Assembly (NCBI GenBank): GCA_036404255.1
Contig: DASWOP010000250.1
Location: 11,393 to 75,392, forward strand
DNA: 64,000 nucleotides
DNA from: Acidobacteriaceae bacterium
GTDB lineage: Bacteria; Acidobacteriota; Terriglobia; Terriglobales; Acidobacteriaceae
Direction of reading: 5' to 3'
This document shows positions 55,601 to 64,000 of the stretch, piece by piece. The notes under the pieces were generated by a model. It made no database searches. It was not told the origin of the DNA and worked only from the letters and a program-made list of their open reading frames with translations. Numbering within the stretch: the stretch's first letter is position 1; the number at the start of each line of letters is the position of its first letter. The position numbers were made by a program, and so were the translations under genes.

Positions 55601-56369
55601 CATCTCAACCGATGTCTTCGGCTTTGCGCATCCACAAACACCCTATGGACTGCAAGGTGAGCACTCGCTTTCCACCTTTGACATTCCAGTGAAAACCGCA
55701 GTTGCCTATGTATGGAATCTTCCCTTCGGCCGTGGATCGCTCATTGGCAATAGTGTCTCCCGCACTCTCAATATGCTTGTGGGTGGCTGGACAACATCCG
55801 GAACATTCTCTGTACAATCCGGTTATCCCCTCTGGGTTGTAGCTGGCAATGCTTCAAGCAATCCTGGCTTCTTCATCTCCAATCCCACAACCCTGGGCAG
55901 CGCAACAACGGACCTCTATCTCCGGCCCAACATCAACCCAGGCATACCACTTATCAGAAGGAACTGGAAAAATGATCCCTATGGCATCAATACCGGAGGC
56001 GGCGGGTATCTGAATCCGGATGCTTTCTCCATGCCAGGCTCACTGGGAGATCCGCAGCTGGGTAATGCACCTCGCACCCTGGGTGGTGCTCGTAATCCAC
56101 GCACAATCTATCTGGATATGAGTTTGCGCAAGCAGCTAACGTTAGGAAGCCGATTCAAACTCACATTGATGACGGATGTAACCAACGTGATGAATCACAG
56201 CAATTTCTTTCTTGGCAGTGCGGCATCTACCAGTGGTGTCTTCACTTCAACGGTAACTACGACAGCGGGTGTCGCAACCTATGCTCGGAATCCAAACTTC
56301 GGCAAACTTGGTCAGAGCTTCAACCTGCCGGCACGCAGCTTTATGCTTGGAGGTAGGCTCCAATTCTAA
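52647..56369 (+). CDS. TonB-dependent receptor, CarboxypepD_reg-plug-barrel type (second copy)
   Basis: 1240 aa. Signal peptide. GSITGQIHDS...GVYTITAERDGFERV. Terminal ...MLGGRLQF. Confidence 0.9.
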   Translation: MKRLISLFCVVLSSALCLAQTSTGSITGQIHDSMHLPVTNVTVIIANPAMNFLVKVKTNSSGVYSSSSLQPGVYTITAERDGFERVQIDNVSVDPGGTVTNDFNLRVGKSDIVVNVNANDEGLSTTSATIATTVTRELAIDIPLAERSALSLVTLSGGVQGDPQYSGGVQSENPGIYTQPNTPGASLSISGGRPGSVSHLMDGFDITQSGYPRAGITFSSTSISGITIMQNGLPAQYGRSGGGIINQASASGTNTYHGILIYRHLDPYFENTPYGSISAPAHHQTLITVAAGGPVPIRYWGLNRKSFFYASFEPLRNTDQQFVRRRLFTPDELAGRLHNSFDLLDTDVLKNSGYAAAIAAPRKNTEWYQFNRNTQGFPIGKQFTSTSLYQQIPNDDVSAQVAANPVAQYIFSRMPTPDNPGPYAHFNHADASYDADGLNGYGARGSRNTDNRYLIRWDQEFTGRDHVFARYASVPVTGNRFDYLGPNSEMGAIFQDKVSSQNIAISYTHIFTGNTVNEARVSYLRANRYRGGSPTALTKDWGAALGLAPAVSGVGFPQINFSGTIGQIGSGGAITDAGRSLDVNFGVGDDVSIQKGAHTIRFGFDYRALQLNRTDNSDLGGGQYNFSAGYTGKGSAAAGSSIATFDLGIIPSLAVRQSQPYYYRWKYGAAYIQDDWRALAKLTVNYGIRYNVETPRMEKFNIQGIFLPNAAGTYNGTGTYSSVPATGGFAYSTTNGTGKTLWPVNYKSFEPRVGLSYQLNRKMTIRSAYSLIHTPLTGISNSVVPDLSASAVSIGSSGAGGVDPNSWVNYITNPVATPITLPGVAHINQSLVETYNASSYLPYIEQNDTVPYVQLWSLSFQMQVTSATVMEIDYSGQKGTHLYSTPRAFNSASLNKLIADVKANTNFSGTSTNAYGYKVTGQQAERPYQQFYNNPIMTAFERNASSSYNGVYMNVRHRARAGLMVLGSFTWAKSMDDASAGNLDTISTDVFGFAHPQTPYGLQGEHSLSTFDIPVKTAVAYVWNLPFGRGSLIGNSVSRTLNMLVGGWTTSGTFSVQSGYPLWVVAGNASSNPGFFISNPTTLGSATTDLYLRPNINPGIPLIRRNWKNDPYGINTGGGGYLNPDAFSMPGSLGDPQLGNAPRTLGGARNPRTIYLDMSLRKQLTLGSRFKLTLMTDVTNVMNHSNFFLGSAASTSGVFTSTVTTTAGVATYARNPNFGKLGQSFNLPARSFMLGGRLQF

Positions 56370-56382
56370 AATCACCGGACCA

Positions 56383-56422
56383 AATACGGTGTGCCGGATT
56401 AGCTGGCACACCGTATTTTTCT
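56383..56422 (+). terminator. Rho-independent terminator AATACGGTGTGCC-N9-GGCACACCGTATT followed by a T-run
   Basis: 13-bp perfect stem followed by TTTTTCT, 14 nt after the receptor stop codon. Confidence 0.85.
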
Positions 56423-56550
56423 GTAGACGCTACAGAAAACGCAAAGAGCGAAAAATTCCATCACGTAGGAATTCCTATTCACCTTCGGCGAGTTCACGAA
56501 CTACCTTCCAAATATGGACAAGTGTGCATCGGCTCGTGTAGCGTTTTGTC

Positions 56551-57474
56551 ATGAGACGGACAGAATTGACTATCGCAACAGATATGGCACGCGACGTCTC
56601 AACGTACCCGCCAGCTCCTGTTTTTCCCAATATCCCCCAAGAGCAACTCAATAATTGGCTGGAGGCGCTACGCATCGAACCTGTCTCCGCCATTGACTGG
56701 ATCTGGCCAATTCCCTGGACGGTGGGTCCTCGCATTATTGGTGATTCCATGTGGTTCATCCTGTTGAGTGGGAGCGCCGAGGCTTGGGTTGAGGATCCAC
56801 ATCAGATTCAGAGCCTGCGCCCAGGTACGATGATGCTGATTCCAGCGAACGTCAAGCATATGATCCGCGCAACCGGCGAGAGCAAACCCAATCTAATCGC
56901 TGTGCATTTTTACTCCACGCTCTTCGGCGGTATTAACGTGCTGGAGATGCTCGGGTTTCCCCACTTTATTCAGGACAGCACGCGGCTGCATCTGCGGGAA
57001 GCTTCGCGGAGGATGGCGGATGAATTTGCAGTCAAGGCGCCCGGATGGAAACAAAGCATGGGCGCTGAAATATTTCAGCTTCTATTGCGCACGATCCGCA
57101 ATCTGCCGGAAACCTTTAAGCCGGCCAATGATCATCACGGCCATCCCGATCTCCCGCGCATCTTTCCTGCCGTGGAATGGATCGATAAAAATCTCGGGCG
57201 AAGTGAAATTGACGTGGAAGAGATTGCCTCTACTGTCTTTCTCAGTCCCACACACTTCCGGCGAATCTTCCATGAGGTCTTCGGCATGAGCCCCATCAGC
57301 TTTGTCCGTAAACGCAGAGTAGAGCGCGCCGCCATTCTGATACGAACGTCGGATATGAGCCTGAAAGAAATCGCCTACACCTGCGGCTTTACGGATACGA
57401 CCTATTTCTCCAAGACCTTTCGCAAATTGATGCATAAGACGCCGAATGGTTACCGCCTTGAATCAGTTGTCTAA
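56551..57474 (+). CDS. AraC-family transcriptional regulator (cupin sensor plus HTH)
   Basis: C-terminal ...SLKEIAYTCGFTDTTYFSKTFRKLMHKTPNGYR and an N-terminal cupin-like domain. Confidence 0.9.
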   Translation: MRRTELTIATDMARDVSTYPPAPVFPNIPQEQLNNWLEALRIEPVSAIDWIWPIPWTVGPRIIGDSMWFILLSGSAEAWVEDPHQIQSLRPGTMMLIPANVKHMIRATGESKPNLIAVHFYSTLFGGINVLEMLGFPHFIQDSTRLHLREASRRMADEFAVKAPGWKQSMGAEIFQLLLRTIRNLPETFKPANDHHGHPDLPRIFPAVEWIDKNLGRSEIDVEEIASTVFLSPTHFRRIFHEVFGMSPISFVRKRRVERAAILIRTSDMSLKEIAYTCGFTDTTYFSKTFRKLMHKTPNGYRLESVV

Positions 57475-57504
57475 CCGCGCATCGGGAAGAGCATACAGGG
57501 AAAG

Positions 57505-58551
57505 ATGAGTCCACACACCAAAGGGCTTCTGCTCGCAGTGGCATGCTCGACCACCAATGTGGGGATGGACGTCGCCCAGAAGAAAGCGCTCCTCCAGCGT
57601 CCGTACTTAACTACGATCGTTGCGATTCGCATCTGGGTTTTTCTCGCCCTTACGGCAACGGTCATTGTGCGCCAGTGGATGGGCCATCCTGCGCCCTGGC
57701 ATGTGATCCCGCAGCAGGGTCTTTTTCATATACCTTACTTTGCCGGCATCGCCGCACTGGATTGCTGCCTTGTTGCCTTGAGCTCCCTCTTTTATTACCG
57801 AGCCATCCAGATCGCACCGCTTTCCCTCACCATCCCTTTCCTCACATTTACACCTGTTTTTCTACTGCTCAGTACGGAGATGGTCTTGCGGGAAAGGCCG
57901 TCGCTATTGCAGATAGAGGCCGTGGCGGTCGTCGTCTTCGGGTCGCTGCTCATGTATCGTGCGCAATTTCACATGGGCTGGATTGAACCGATTCGTGCGC
58001 TTGCAACCAATCCAGGAAGCCGTTACATGCTGTTGGCCTCGCTCATTCTTTCGCTCACGAACGTGCTCGATAAATGGCTCATCCTTCGCACGGACAGCTT
58101 TACCTTCGCGTGGATCTACGGCCTGGGCTCGTGCATCGTCTTTGGAATCGGGCTATCTCTCTGCCTCCTCCTGGGCAAAGTGAAGCTGGAGCCTCTGTCA
58201 TGGAACCAGATGGCTGTAGCGGGCATCGCAGACGCAGCCACACTCATCTTCCAGTTCGCCGCGCTGCAATATCTAAGTGCAGTAGCAACCATTGCATTCA
58301 AGCGCTCCGGTATTCTACTGACGGTACTGGCAGGATGGTTCTTCTTCCATGAAAAGCAGGTAGCCAATCGTCTGGTCGCCGCGGCGATCATGATCTCAGG
58401 CGCGCTAATGCTGCATCTTTCCTTCACGTTGCCTCAGCAGACCTGCCTGCTCCTGCTGGCACTGGTGGCTGGCATCACCGGCCCACGGATCATTGCCGCA
58501 ATTGGTTTGCGCCGGCATAACGCAGCGAATGATCCCACGGCAGCGTCCTGA
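57505..58551 (+). CDS. EamA/DMT-superfamily transporter
   Basis: About 10 hydrophobic helices in two EamA-like halves. 348 aa. Confidence 0.75.
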   Translation: MSPHTKGLLLAVACSTTNVGMDVAQKKALLQRPYLTTIVAIRIWVFLALTATVIVRQWMGHPAPWHVIPQQGLFHIPYFAGIAALDCCLVALSSLFYYRAIQIAPLSLTIPFLTFTPVFLLLSTEMVLRERPSLLQIEAVAVVVFGSLLMYRAQFHMGWIEPIRALATNPGSRYMLLASLILSLTNVLDKWLILRTDSFTFAWIYGLGSCIVFGIGLSLCLLLGKVKLEPLSWNQMAVAGIADAATLIFQFAALQYLSAVATIAFKRSGILLTVLAGWFFFHEKQVANRLVAAAIMISGALMLHLSFTLPQQTCLLLLALVAGITGPRIIAAIGLRRHNAANDPTAAS

Positions 58552-58728
58552 AAACGCGCCTTTGCTTCCTCTTCCTGCATTAGAAAAAGCAGCGCTCGAA
58601 TAATGCACAACTTCGTTCTGCTAATTCATTTACAGCGATAGAAGCAGTCTCGGATAATCGGCCATGTTGCCTGCTTGTACTGCTTGCCAGAGGCTTCTTA
58701 GCACTTTATCTTCTGGAGTCACAACCGA

Positions 58729-60015
58729 GTGAAACTGTCCCGCCTGACTAACTCTGCCCGTTTGGTATCGATTCAAAATGAAACAGAGAGCGACGCTTGT
58801 ATAAATCGCCGCACGTTCTGTAAGGATGCGCTTTTAACCCTGGGAATAATGTCTGCAGGAATTCCGCTCTCCGCCGCAGTAAAAGACAAGAAAGCAACGC
58901 ACGCTGTCGTAGAAGCTTCCACACGCGATCTCTCACGGATCATGGTGGATTCCACGATCGCGCGGTATCCCAACGCAAACAGTTTCGGGCAATGGGCTTA
59001 CTTCACATCGTTGTATCTCTTCGGCCAGTACATGGTCTATATGCGCACAGGCGATGAAGCCTATCTAAATTACATCCACACATGGATAGATTCGCATGTG
59101 AACAGCAAGGGCGGGATCAATCATGAAATCTCCGGGCTGGATTACATGCAGCCCGGCAACGTCCTGCTGCTGCTCTACGCCAGCGCGCATGATGAGCGTT
59201 ACCGCATTGCGGCAAACACTATCCGTACACGCTACGATACCTATCCACGCACCAGGGATGGTGGCTTCTGGCATTCCAGCATCGAAGAATACAAGCAGCA
59301 TGAGCTCTGGCTGGATGGTACGTATATGGCTCTGCCATTTCTGCTGCGCTATGCAAGGCTCTTTGGCGGAGAAGATGCCGCCTGTGACACTGCGGTACAG
59401 CAGTTATTGCTGGATTATCTGCACAATCACTCCACAGAGAATGGGCTTCTTTATCACGCCTATGACGAACGTGGACAGGCTCCCTGGGCACAGCCCGGCA
59501 ACCATCACTCCTCGGTCTTCTGGTCGCGCTCTATTGGCTGGTACAGCATGGCTCTGGTCGATGTCCTAGACGTGCTGCCAAAAGAACATCCTCATCGTGA
59601 CGAATTGATTTCCATTCTGCAGAAGCTTGTAACGAGTCTTGCCGATTATCAGGACGCAAAGACCGGGCTCTGGTACCAGGTGCTTGATCAGCCCTCTCTA
59701 GCAGGTAACTGGACGGAAACGTCGAGCTCCTGCATGTTCGTGTATGCAATGGACGTTGCAATAAAGCGTGGCCACGTCGGTGCAAAGTATCGTGCCGCAG
59801 CAGCACGCGGCTATGCTGGCATACTCACGCAGATCAGCATTGGTGCAGATGGCTTGTTGGACATCCACAATATCTGCGAGGGCACGGATGTCGGAGATAC
59901 GGCATACTACCTGGCTCGCAAGCGCAATACAAATGACCCTCATGGACTGGGATCATTTCTCATCATGAACGAAGAGTGGAATCACTCCACTGCCTCCATG
60001 GCATTTCCGCACTGA
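58729..60015 (+). CDS. GH105/GH88-type unsaturated uronyl hydrolase (second copy)
   Basis: Tat-like leader INRRTFCKDALL...SAA. ELWLDGTYMALPFLLRYA and FWSRSIGWYSMALVDVL blocks. Confidence 0.8.
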   Translation: MKLSRLTNSARLVSIQNETESDACINRRTFCKDALLTLGIMSAGIPLSAAVKDKKATHAVVEASTRDLSRIMVDSTIARYPNANSFGQWAYFTSLYLFGQYMVYMRTGDEAYLNYIHTWIDSHVNSKGGINHEISGLDYMQPGNVLLLLYASAHDERYRIAANTIRTRYDTYPRTRDGGFWHSSIEEYKQHELWLDGTYMALPFLLRYARLFGGEDAACDTAVQQLLLDYLHNHSTENGLLYHAYDERGQAPWAQPGNHHSSVFWSRSIGWYSMALVDVLDVLPKEHPHRDELISILQKLVTSLADYQDAKTGLWYQVLDQPSLAGNWTETSSSCMFVYAMDVAIKRGHVGAKYRAAAARGYAGILTQISIGADGLLDIHNICEGTDVGDTAYYLARKRNTNDPHGLGSFLIMNEEWNHSTASMAFPH

Positions 60016-60060
60016 AGCTACTCTGATGCTCAGAGTTTCATCCCACGAAGCTCTGAGTCA

Positions 60061-61926
60061 TTATTGTGCGAGGACGAGTATGGATTTGCCGTTCAGCTTG
60101 AACACGGCGCTCTCCATTTCCACGCCATTCACCTTGCGATGCACAGGCAGACGCGTCGTCAAATCCTCGGCCACCTCGAGACGCAGCTTGCCCACAGAAG
60201 CAGTTACCGTGAACATAGCCGGACTCGCGATAGCTCGCACCTGCGCTGTACGAAGCCGCTCCGATGCCTGTTCCGCCGAGGTATCGCACGGACTGACTTC
60301 CACCAACATCGCTACATGCAGGTGCCGCGCGCTGCTTCCCTTTACATCAGTCGCGCTGTGTTGAATGGCGAAACGAATGGCGTTATGACTCCAGCCTTCT
60401 TTGTCTGCCTGTAGTGTAAAGCTGGGGACCCTACCGTCGAGCGACTCAACAGCAAAGATGCGCGCAGCAAAACAGGAGTGCTCCACACGCACCGCAATGA
60501 CAGAATCCAGATTCGCATCCACACGCAGTGTGGATGCAGGCGGCACAGCTTTGCCGTCCAGCAGAAGCTGATCCGGCTGGGCTGGAAGAATCAGATTAGT
60601 GGCGTAACTCTCCCCATTCGCTGCAGCGCGCGGATCAAGATCGAAAAGCAACAGGGTAACTCCCTTCTCTTGCGCGCTGGAAAGATTCGCCGGAAGATGC
60701 GTCGGTTTATTATGTCCGCTTCGGTCACGCTGCTTGCGTACACCATAAGGAGAACCACTGGAATCCGGCACCACAGTAATAGAGACCGGAGGTACTTTAC
60801 CGCCAACCAAGTCAGCGCTGAACATTTTGTCCTGCCCCTTATAGCTGCCCGTCGCTGTGCCAACTGCAAAACTCTGCGTGAGATAGGTATAGCGCGTGTA
60901 AGCAGGATTGGCATCAGCCCTCTGCTGCACAATGCGCTCCGGCAAACGGTTTATATCAAACACTGTTTTTGAAGGATGAAATCCGCCGGGACGTTCATTC
61001 TCCAGAATGGCGACCTTCTCCAGAAATGGATCCGTGAAGTTACCATCTGGCGATGTGAAGAGACCTTCGAGATAAAGATTCATCTCCAGGCTGCCGCGAC
61101 CGGTAAGGAACTGGTAGTCACGGCTATGCGCACCAGCAAGCCGCTCATCACCCTTCAGGAACATGCAACCGATATCCTGCCAGATCAATTCAGCGGCTTG
61201 CTGCATCTGACGACGAATGATCTCGTCTTTCACATAAAGAATGCCGTACGTAAGATCGGCAAGATCCGTCGCGTAGTACGTTGGGCTATTAAACTCGTGG
61301 ATGTTATTTTGCTGCGTATACTGCACCCAATCCTGCCACTGTTTTTGGGCGCGCTCCATGGAAGCGTCATCATGCAGATATTGAGCCAGCAGCATAGTGT
61401 TCACGGTATTCATCAGGAAGATATTGGTATAAGTAACGCGCAGTGGATGGTGCGCGAGCGCAATCATTACGGCGCGAAGATGCGCCTCTGCTTCTACTCG
61501 GAATGCGGGAGAAAACTGCTTGCCGTAGTTATAAAAAATTGCTGCCATCGGCTGCATTGTGAACTCAATGGCATTCGCATCTTTCACGCTGGGATCAGCC
61601 GTCCTCCATGGAACATTCCCATAGTCAGGCGAATCCTGCTTCATATTCTGCGCCGCAAATACGTCGCGCAGCATCTTTTCTGCCGACGCCACAGGGCCGT
61701 TTGCACGCAGTATAAGAAGCGCAGCGTTGGGCAGATCGCGTGTACTTACATCCACCGGGTCATGTTGCTGCACCTGCTTTTCAAACTTCAACTCCTCCTG
61801 CTGCATCAGCTTCTGCATCACAAGAACCCGCTCCGCGCGCTCGGCAGTAGATACAGCCGGAGCAGCGTGGGCAAACATGCTCACTCCAGTTGCAAGAGCC
61901 GCTACTACTATTCCACATTTGCTCAT
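60061..61926 (-). CDS. Secreted protein of unknown family, candidate polysaccharide-lyase-like (helical N-half, beta-rich C-half)
   Basis: Track ORF trimmed to the ATG at 61926 (MSKCGIVVAALATGVSMFAHA signal peptide), preceded by AAGGAGAG. 22 nt downstream of the heparinase-like gene. No recognised motif. Confidence 0.5.
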   Translation of the reverse strand: MSKCGIVVAALATGVSMFAHAAPAVSTAERAERVLVMQKLMQQEELKFEKQVQQHDPVDVSTRDLPNAALLILRANGPVASAEKMLRDVFAAQNMKQDSPDYGNVPWRTADPSVKDANAIEFTMQPMAAIFYNYGKQFSPAFRVEAEAHLRAVMIALAHHPLRVTYTNIFLMNTVNTMLLAQYLHDDASMERAQKQWQDWVQYTQQNNIHEFNSPTYYATDLADLTYGILYVKDEIIRRQMQQAAELIWQDIGCMFLKGDERLAGAHSRDYQFLTGRGSLEMNLYLEGLFTSPDGNFTDPFLEKVAILENERPGGFHPSKTVFDINRLPERIVQQRADANPAYTRYTYLTQSFAVGTATGSYKGQDKMFSADLVGGKVPPVSITVVPDSSGSPYGVRKQRDRSGHNKPTHLPANLSSAQEKGVTLLLFDLDPRAAANGESYATNLILPAQPDQLLLDGKAVPPASTLRVDANLDSVIAVRVEHSCFAARIFAVESLDGRVPSFTLQADKEGWSHNAIRFAIQHSATDVKGSSARHLHVAMLVEVSPCDTSAEQASERLRTAQVRAIASPAMFTVTASVGKLRLEVAEDLTTRLPVHRKVNGVEMESAVFKLNGKSILVLAQ

Positions 61927-61948
61927 ACAGCTCTCCTTCAAGAGAAAA

Positions 61949-64000
61949 TCAGTGAGAGGCTTTTCGTGTGAGCACGAAAAGTTTGTGGTCTGTCTGGAGG
62001 CCGTCAAAATGCAGTGCAATGCCTGCAGGATTGCGCCCAACCCAATATGTGCCGTCAGACCAGACCGCAGCATCACCTTGCACGGCAACAGAGTGCCAGC
62101 GAGAAGTATCTGCAATCAACATGGAATCGACAACAGCAGTGCTATGTCCTGCGAGATCAAGGCCTCCATACGCAATGCCCTGGTTGCGCATGCCATAGCT
62201 CTGCTGGTTATCAACGCCGGTCTTCTTCGCACCAGTCATCGTTAGTTGCAATCCAGTTGAGAAATGAAAATTTTGCAGGTCGCTCTGCACTGGTTTTACG
62301 CCGTACCAGAGCACGCCGACGGTTCCACTATGCGTTCCCTCATTGCGCATCGTATCGCGCACCCAGGCAATACCTGGCAACGCAAGAAAAATATCGCGCG
62401 TGAAGAGAATAGGTTCATCTTGCTGCGAAATCATCTTCTCGCTGGCAACCATCTGAGCACCGCCGTCGACTGTGTCCATCTCATCCAGGGTTACCTCGCC
62501 GTTCGGGCTCAGTGCATCCAGCCAGCGCTTTGGATAGCCATCGCGATCACCGAGTGCAAAAGAATTAATCTCCACGCGGCTGTCCCCGATAGGTTCGATC
62601 TTAAGCCAGAAGTCCAGCCATTCATTGTGCGCCGCTGCTATATTTGTTGCGCCTGGCGCTACGCCGCCGAGAAATAAATTGGCTCCACTGAGCGGAGTCT
62701 GCCAGATATAAACGTCCTTGCCATCACGTGTATGCGGCTGAATCTGTGCAGCGGGAGCACCGGCAGGAATAGTAAGTGGAAGATCGCGCCTTCCATCCGG
62801 CCCCGTAATATGCGGATCAGATAATGAGATGCGTCCCTTCCCTGTGCCACGCAGATCAAGAATGAAGATGGTTTGTTTCTTGGGATCATAATTCAACGTG
62901 GCAGGAATCTCCGGATTATAGGCATCCCGCTGCAACGTCGGCAGACCGGCATCTCCAGCAAAATTGCCCCAGATCCAGTGGTCATGCAGCGGAAGATGGT
63001 AGAACGTCCACTCTCCGTTAGTGAAGTACTGCTGACGAATGCGACGCGTCTGTTCGGTGAGAGCATGGCTCAGCGGAAAATCTATCGCGTGTTCTGTAAA
63101 TTGCGGCCGATTGTGAAACATCATGCCGCGCGCATAGCGTCCATTATCCTCAAGCTGCACGGTTCCATTGTTTTCCATCGTAGTCACAGCAAGCGAGTCA
63201 TTGTGTCCATGCTCGCCACCTGCAAAGAGATCTACCATCATCCAGGTAGAACCGTTCTGCAGAATGACCTTTGCCGGCTCACCATTCGCCCGGTAAAGAA
63301 CTTCGAGCGGCTGTGCAGGCGCAACAATCGCAGGCGCTGTCTCCGGCGCATAGGTTGCAGCCAGTGCAATCCCAGTAATCTCAGAACTCTTTACAGATAC
63401 CGGTAGGCTGCGTCCATAGGAAACAGCCCACAGGCGGCGAGTGGCTTCCTGAAAGACTGGATCACCCCACTTGGCCGATGCCAGTTCGAGCAACCCCACA
63501 AGCTCTGGCGCATCCGCATCGTCATCATCACCAAAGCCTGGAAAGCGGCCGAGTGGAGAAATGGATGTGGCGAAATTGAAGAAGACATCATGCAGGTCCT
63601 TCTGCTTCCACCAATCAGGCCGGGATTCTAGGGCATGAATTGCAACAAACTGCAGTGAAACTTTGATATAGTCTGATGCATCCTCAACCGGCGAGTAGCC
63701 GTAGTCAGCAAAATCCTGTTCCACCCGGCGAACAATCTCCTCAACCTGGGAACGCTGGGCAAAGTCGGGCGCAAGCTCAAGCGCAGGCCTGATACCCACT
63801 AGATTGCCAAGAGCGCGGTTCATTGGCCCACGCTCGTACTGTCCGCGCAGAAGAGCTGTGGCTGCAATGCGAGGTACATCGGCGCGTTCTTCTGCAGTGA
63901 GCCAGTTATTGTCCATCGCAGTTTTTAGTGTCACCATCTCCTGATAGAAGCTGGCGAAGCCAATCGGTGCAGTCCCGCTGCCGTGATATTGTGCAATCAT
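61949..64000 (-). CDS. Heparinase II/III-family protein (5' end probably beyond the window)
   Basis: GGEHGHNDSLAVTTMENNG resembles the GHGHxDxxSF block of PF07940. No signal peptide at the apparent N-terminus, which coincides with the window edge. Confidence 0.7.
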   Translation of the reverse strand: MIAQYHGSGTAPIGFASFYQEMVTLKTAMDNNWLTAEERADVPRIAATALLRGQYERGPMNRALGNLVGIRPALELAPDFAQRSQVEEIVRRVEQDFADYGYSPVEDASDYIKVSLQFVAIHALESRPDWWKQKDLHDVFFNFATSISPLGRFPGFGDDDDADAPELVGLLELASAKWGDPVFQEATRRLWAVSYGRSLPVSVKSSEITGIALAATYAPETAPAIVAPAQPLEVLYRANGEPAKVILQNGSTWMMVDLFAGGEHGHNDSLAVTTMENNGTVQLEDNGRYARGMMFHNRPQFTEHAIDFPLSHALTEQTRRIRQQYFTNGEWTFYHLPLHDHWIWGNFAGDAGLPTLQRDAYNPEIPATLNYDPKKQTIFILDLRGTGKGRISLSDPHITGPDGRRDLPLTIPAGAPAAQIQPHTRDGKDVYIWQTPLSGANLFLGGVAPGATNIAAAHNEWLDFWLKIEPIGDSRVEINSFALGDRDGYPKRWLDALSPNGEVTLDEMDTVDGGAQMVASEKMISQQDEPILFTRDIFLALPGIAWVRDTMRNEGTHSGTVGVLWYGVKPVQSDLQNFHFSTGLQLTMTGAKKTGVDNQQSYGMRNQGIAYGGLDLAGHSTAVVDSMLIADTSRWHSVAVQGDAAVWSDGTYWVGRNPAGIALHFDGLQTDHKLFVLTRKASH

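Noticed and set aside
1-64000. Search by eye for CRISPR arrays, rRNA, intact tRNAs, IS transposases or phage structural genes
   Set aside because: No regularly spaced direct repeats, no rRNA-like conserved stretches, no complete cloverleaf and no DDE or tyrosine-recombinase ORFs were seen. The only mobile-element traces are the recombinase pseudogene and the toxin-antitoxin genes at 46-48.7 kb.

Overview
This is a chromosomal window from a Gram-negative bacterium of moderately high GC. It is most likely an acidobacterium (Terriglobia). That placement is inferred from the CarboxypepD_reg-type TonB-dependent receptors, the abundance of NHL-repeat secreted proteins and the absence of SusD; it is not proven. 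All family calls were made by eye from motifs and recalled reference sequences; no searches were run.

Gene content:
- 1-12.3 kb: a sulfated or uronic polysaccharide and amino-sugar block. It holds a Cys-type sulfatase, an alginate-lyase-domain protein, a GH88/GH105 hydrolase, AgaS-like SIS, PfkB kinase, GatZ/KbaZ, a mutarotase, an amidohydrolase and a DeoR regulator.
- 12.3-28.6 kb: one long minus-strand operon. Order is MFS sugar porter, TonB-dependent receptor, 1370-aa NHL protein, 1060-aa NHL+MBG protein ending in a GH56-like domain, NHL lipoprotein, GH79-like glycosidase.
- 29.1-37 kb: a stand-alone GH56-like secreted protein, a decayed anaerobic sulfatase maturase, a DeoR regulator and a GlcNAc operon. 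The operon is a GlmS-like deaminase, a BadF-type kinase, GH20 hexosaminidase and a frameshifted nagA.
- 36.9-39.5 kb: a decay zone with a thioesterase remnant, a frameshifted histidine kinase and a frameshifted OmpR-type regulator.
- 40-45.3 kb: an srsABC-like type III PKS phenolic-lipid cluster.
- 45.4-48.7 kb: an eroded integration scar. It contains cspA, a serine-recombinase pseudogene, the 3' half of tRNA-Glu, repeated att-like 14-mers, an RHH-PIN toxin-antitoxin pair and two orphan RHH genes.
- 48.9-64 kb: a second polysaccharide locus. It holds an SGNH esterase, an NHL lipoprotein divergent from a second TonB-dependent receptor, AraC, an EamA transporter, GH105/GH88, an unknown lyase-like protein and a partial heparinase II/III protein.

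Most notable inference: an animal-lysosome-like hydrolytic route for a GlcA/HexNAc polymer (GH56-like, GH79-like, GH20, then NagK/NagA/NagB). It is coupled to SusD-less TonB-dependent receptors that are partnered with a three-member family of NHL lipoproteins.

No CRISPR array, rRNA, intact tRNA or transposase was seen.
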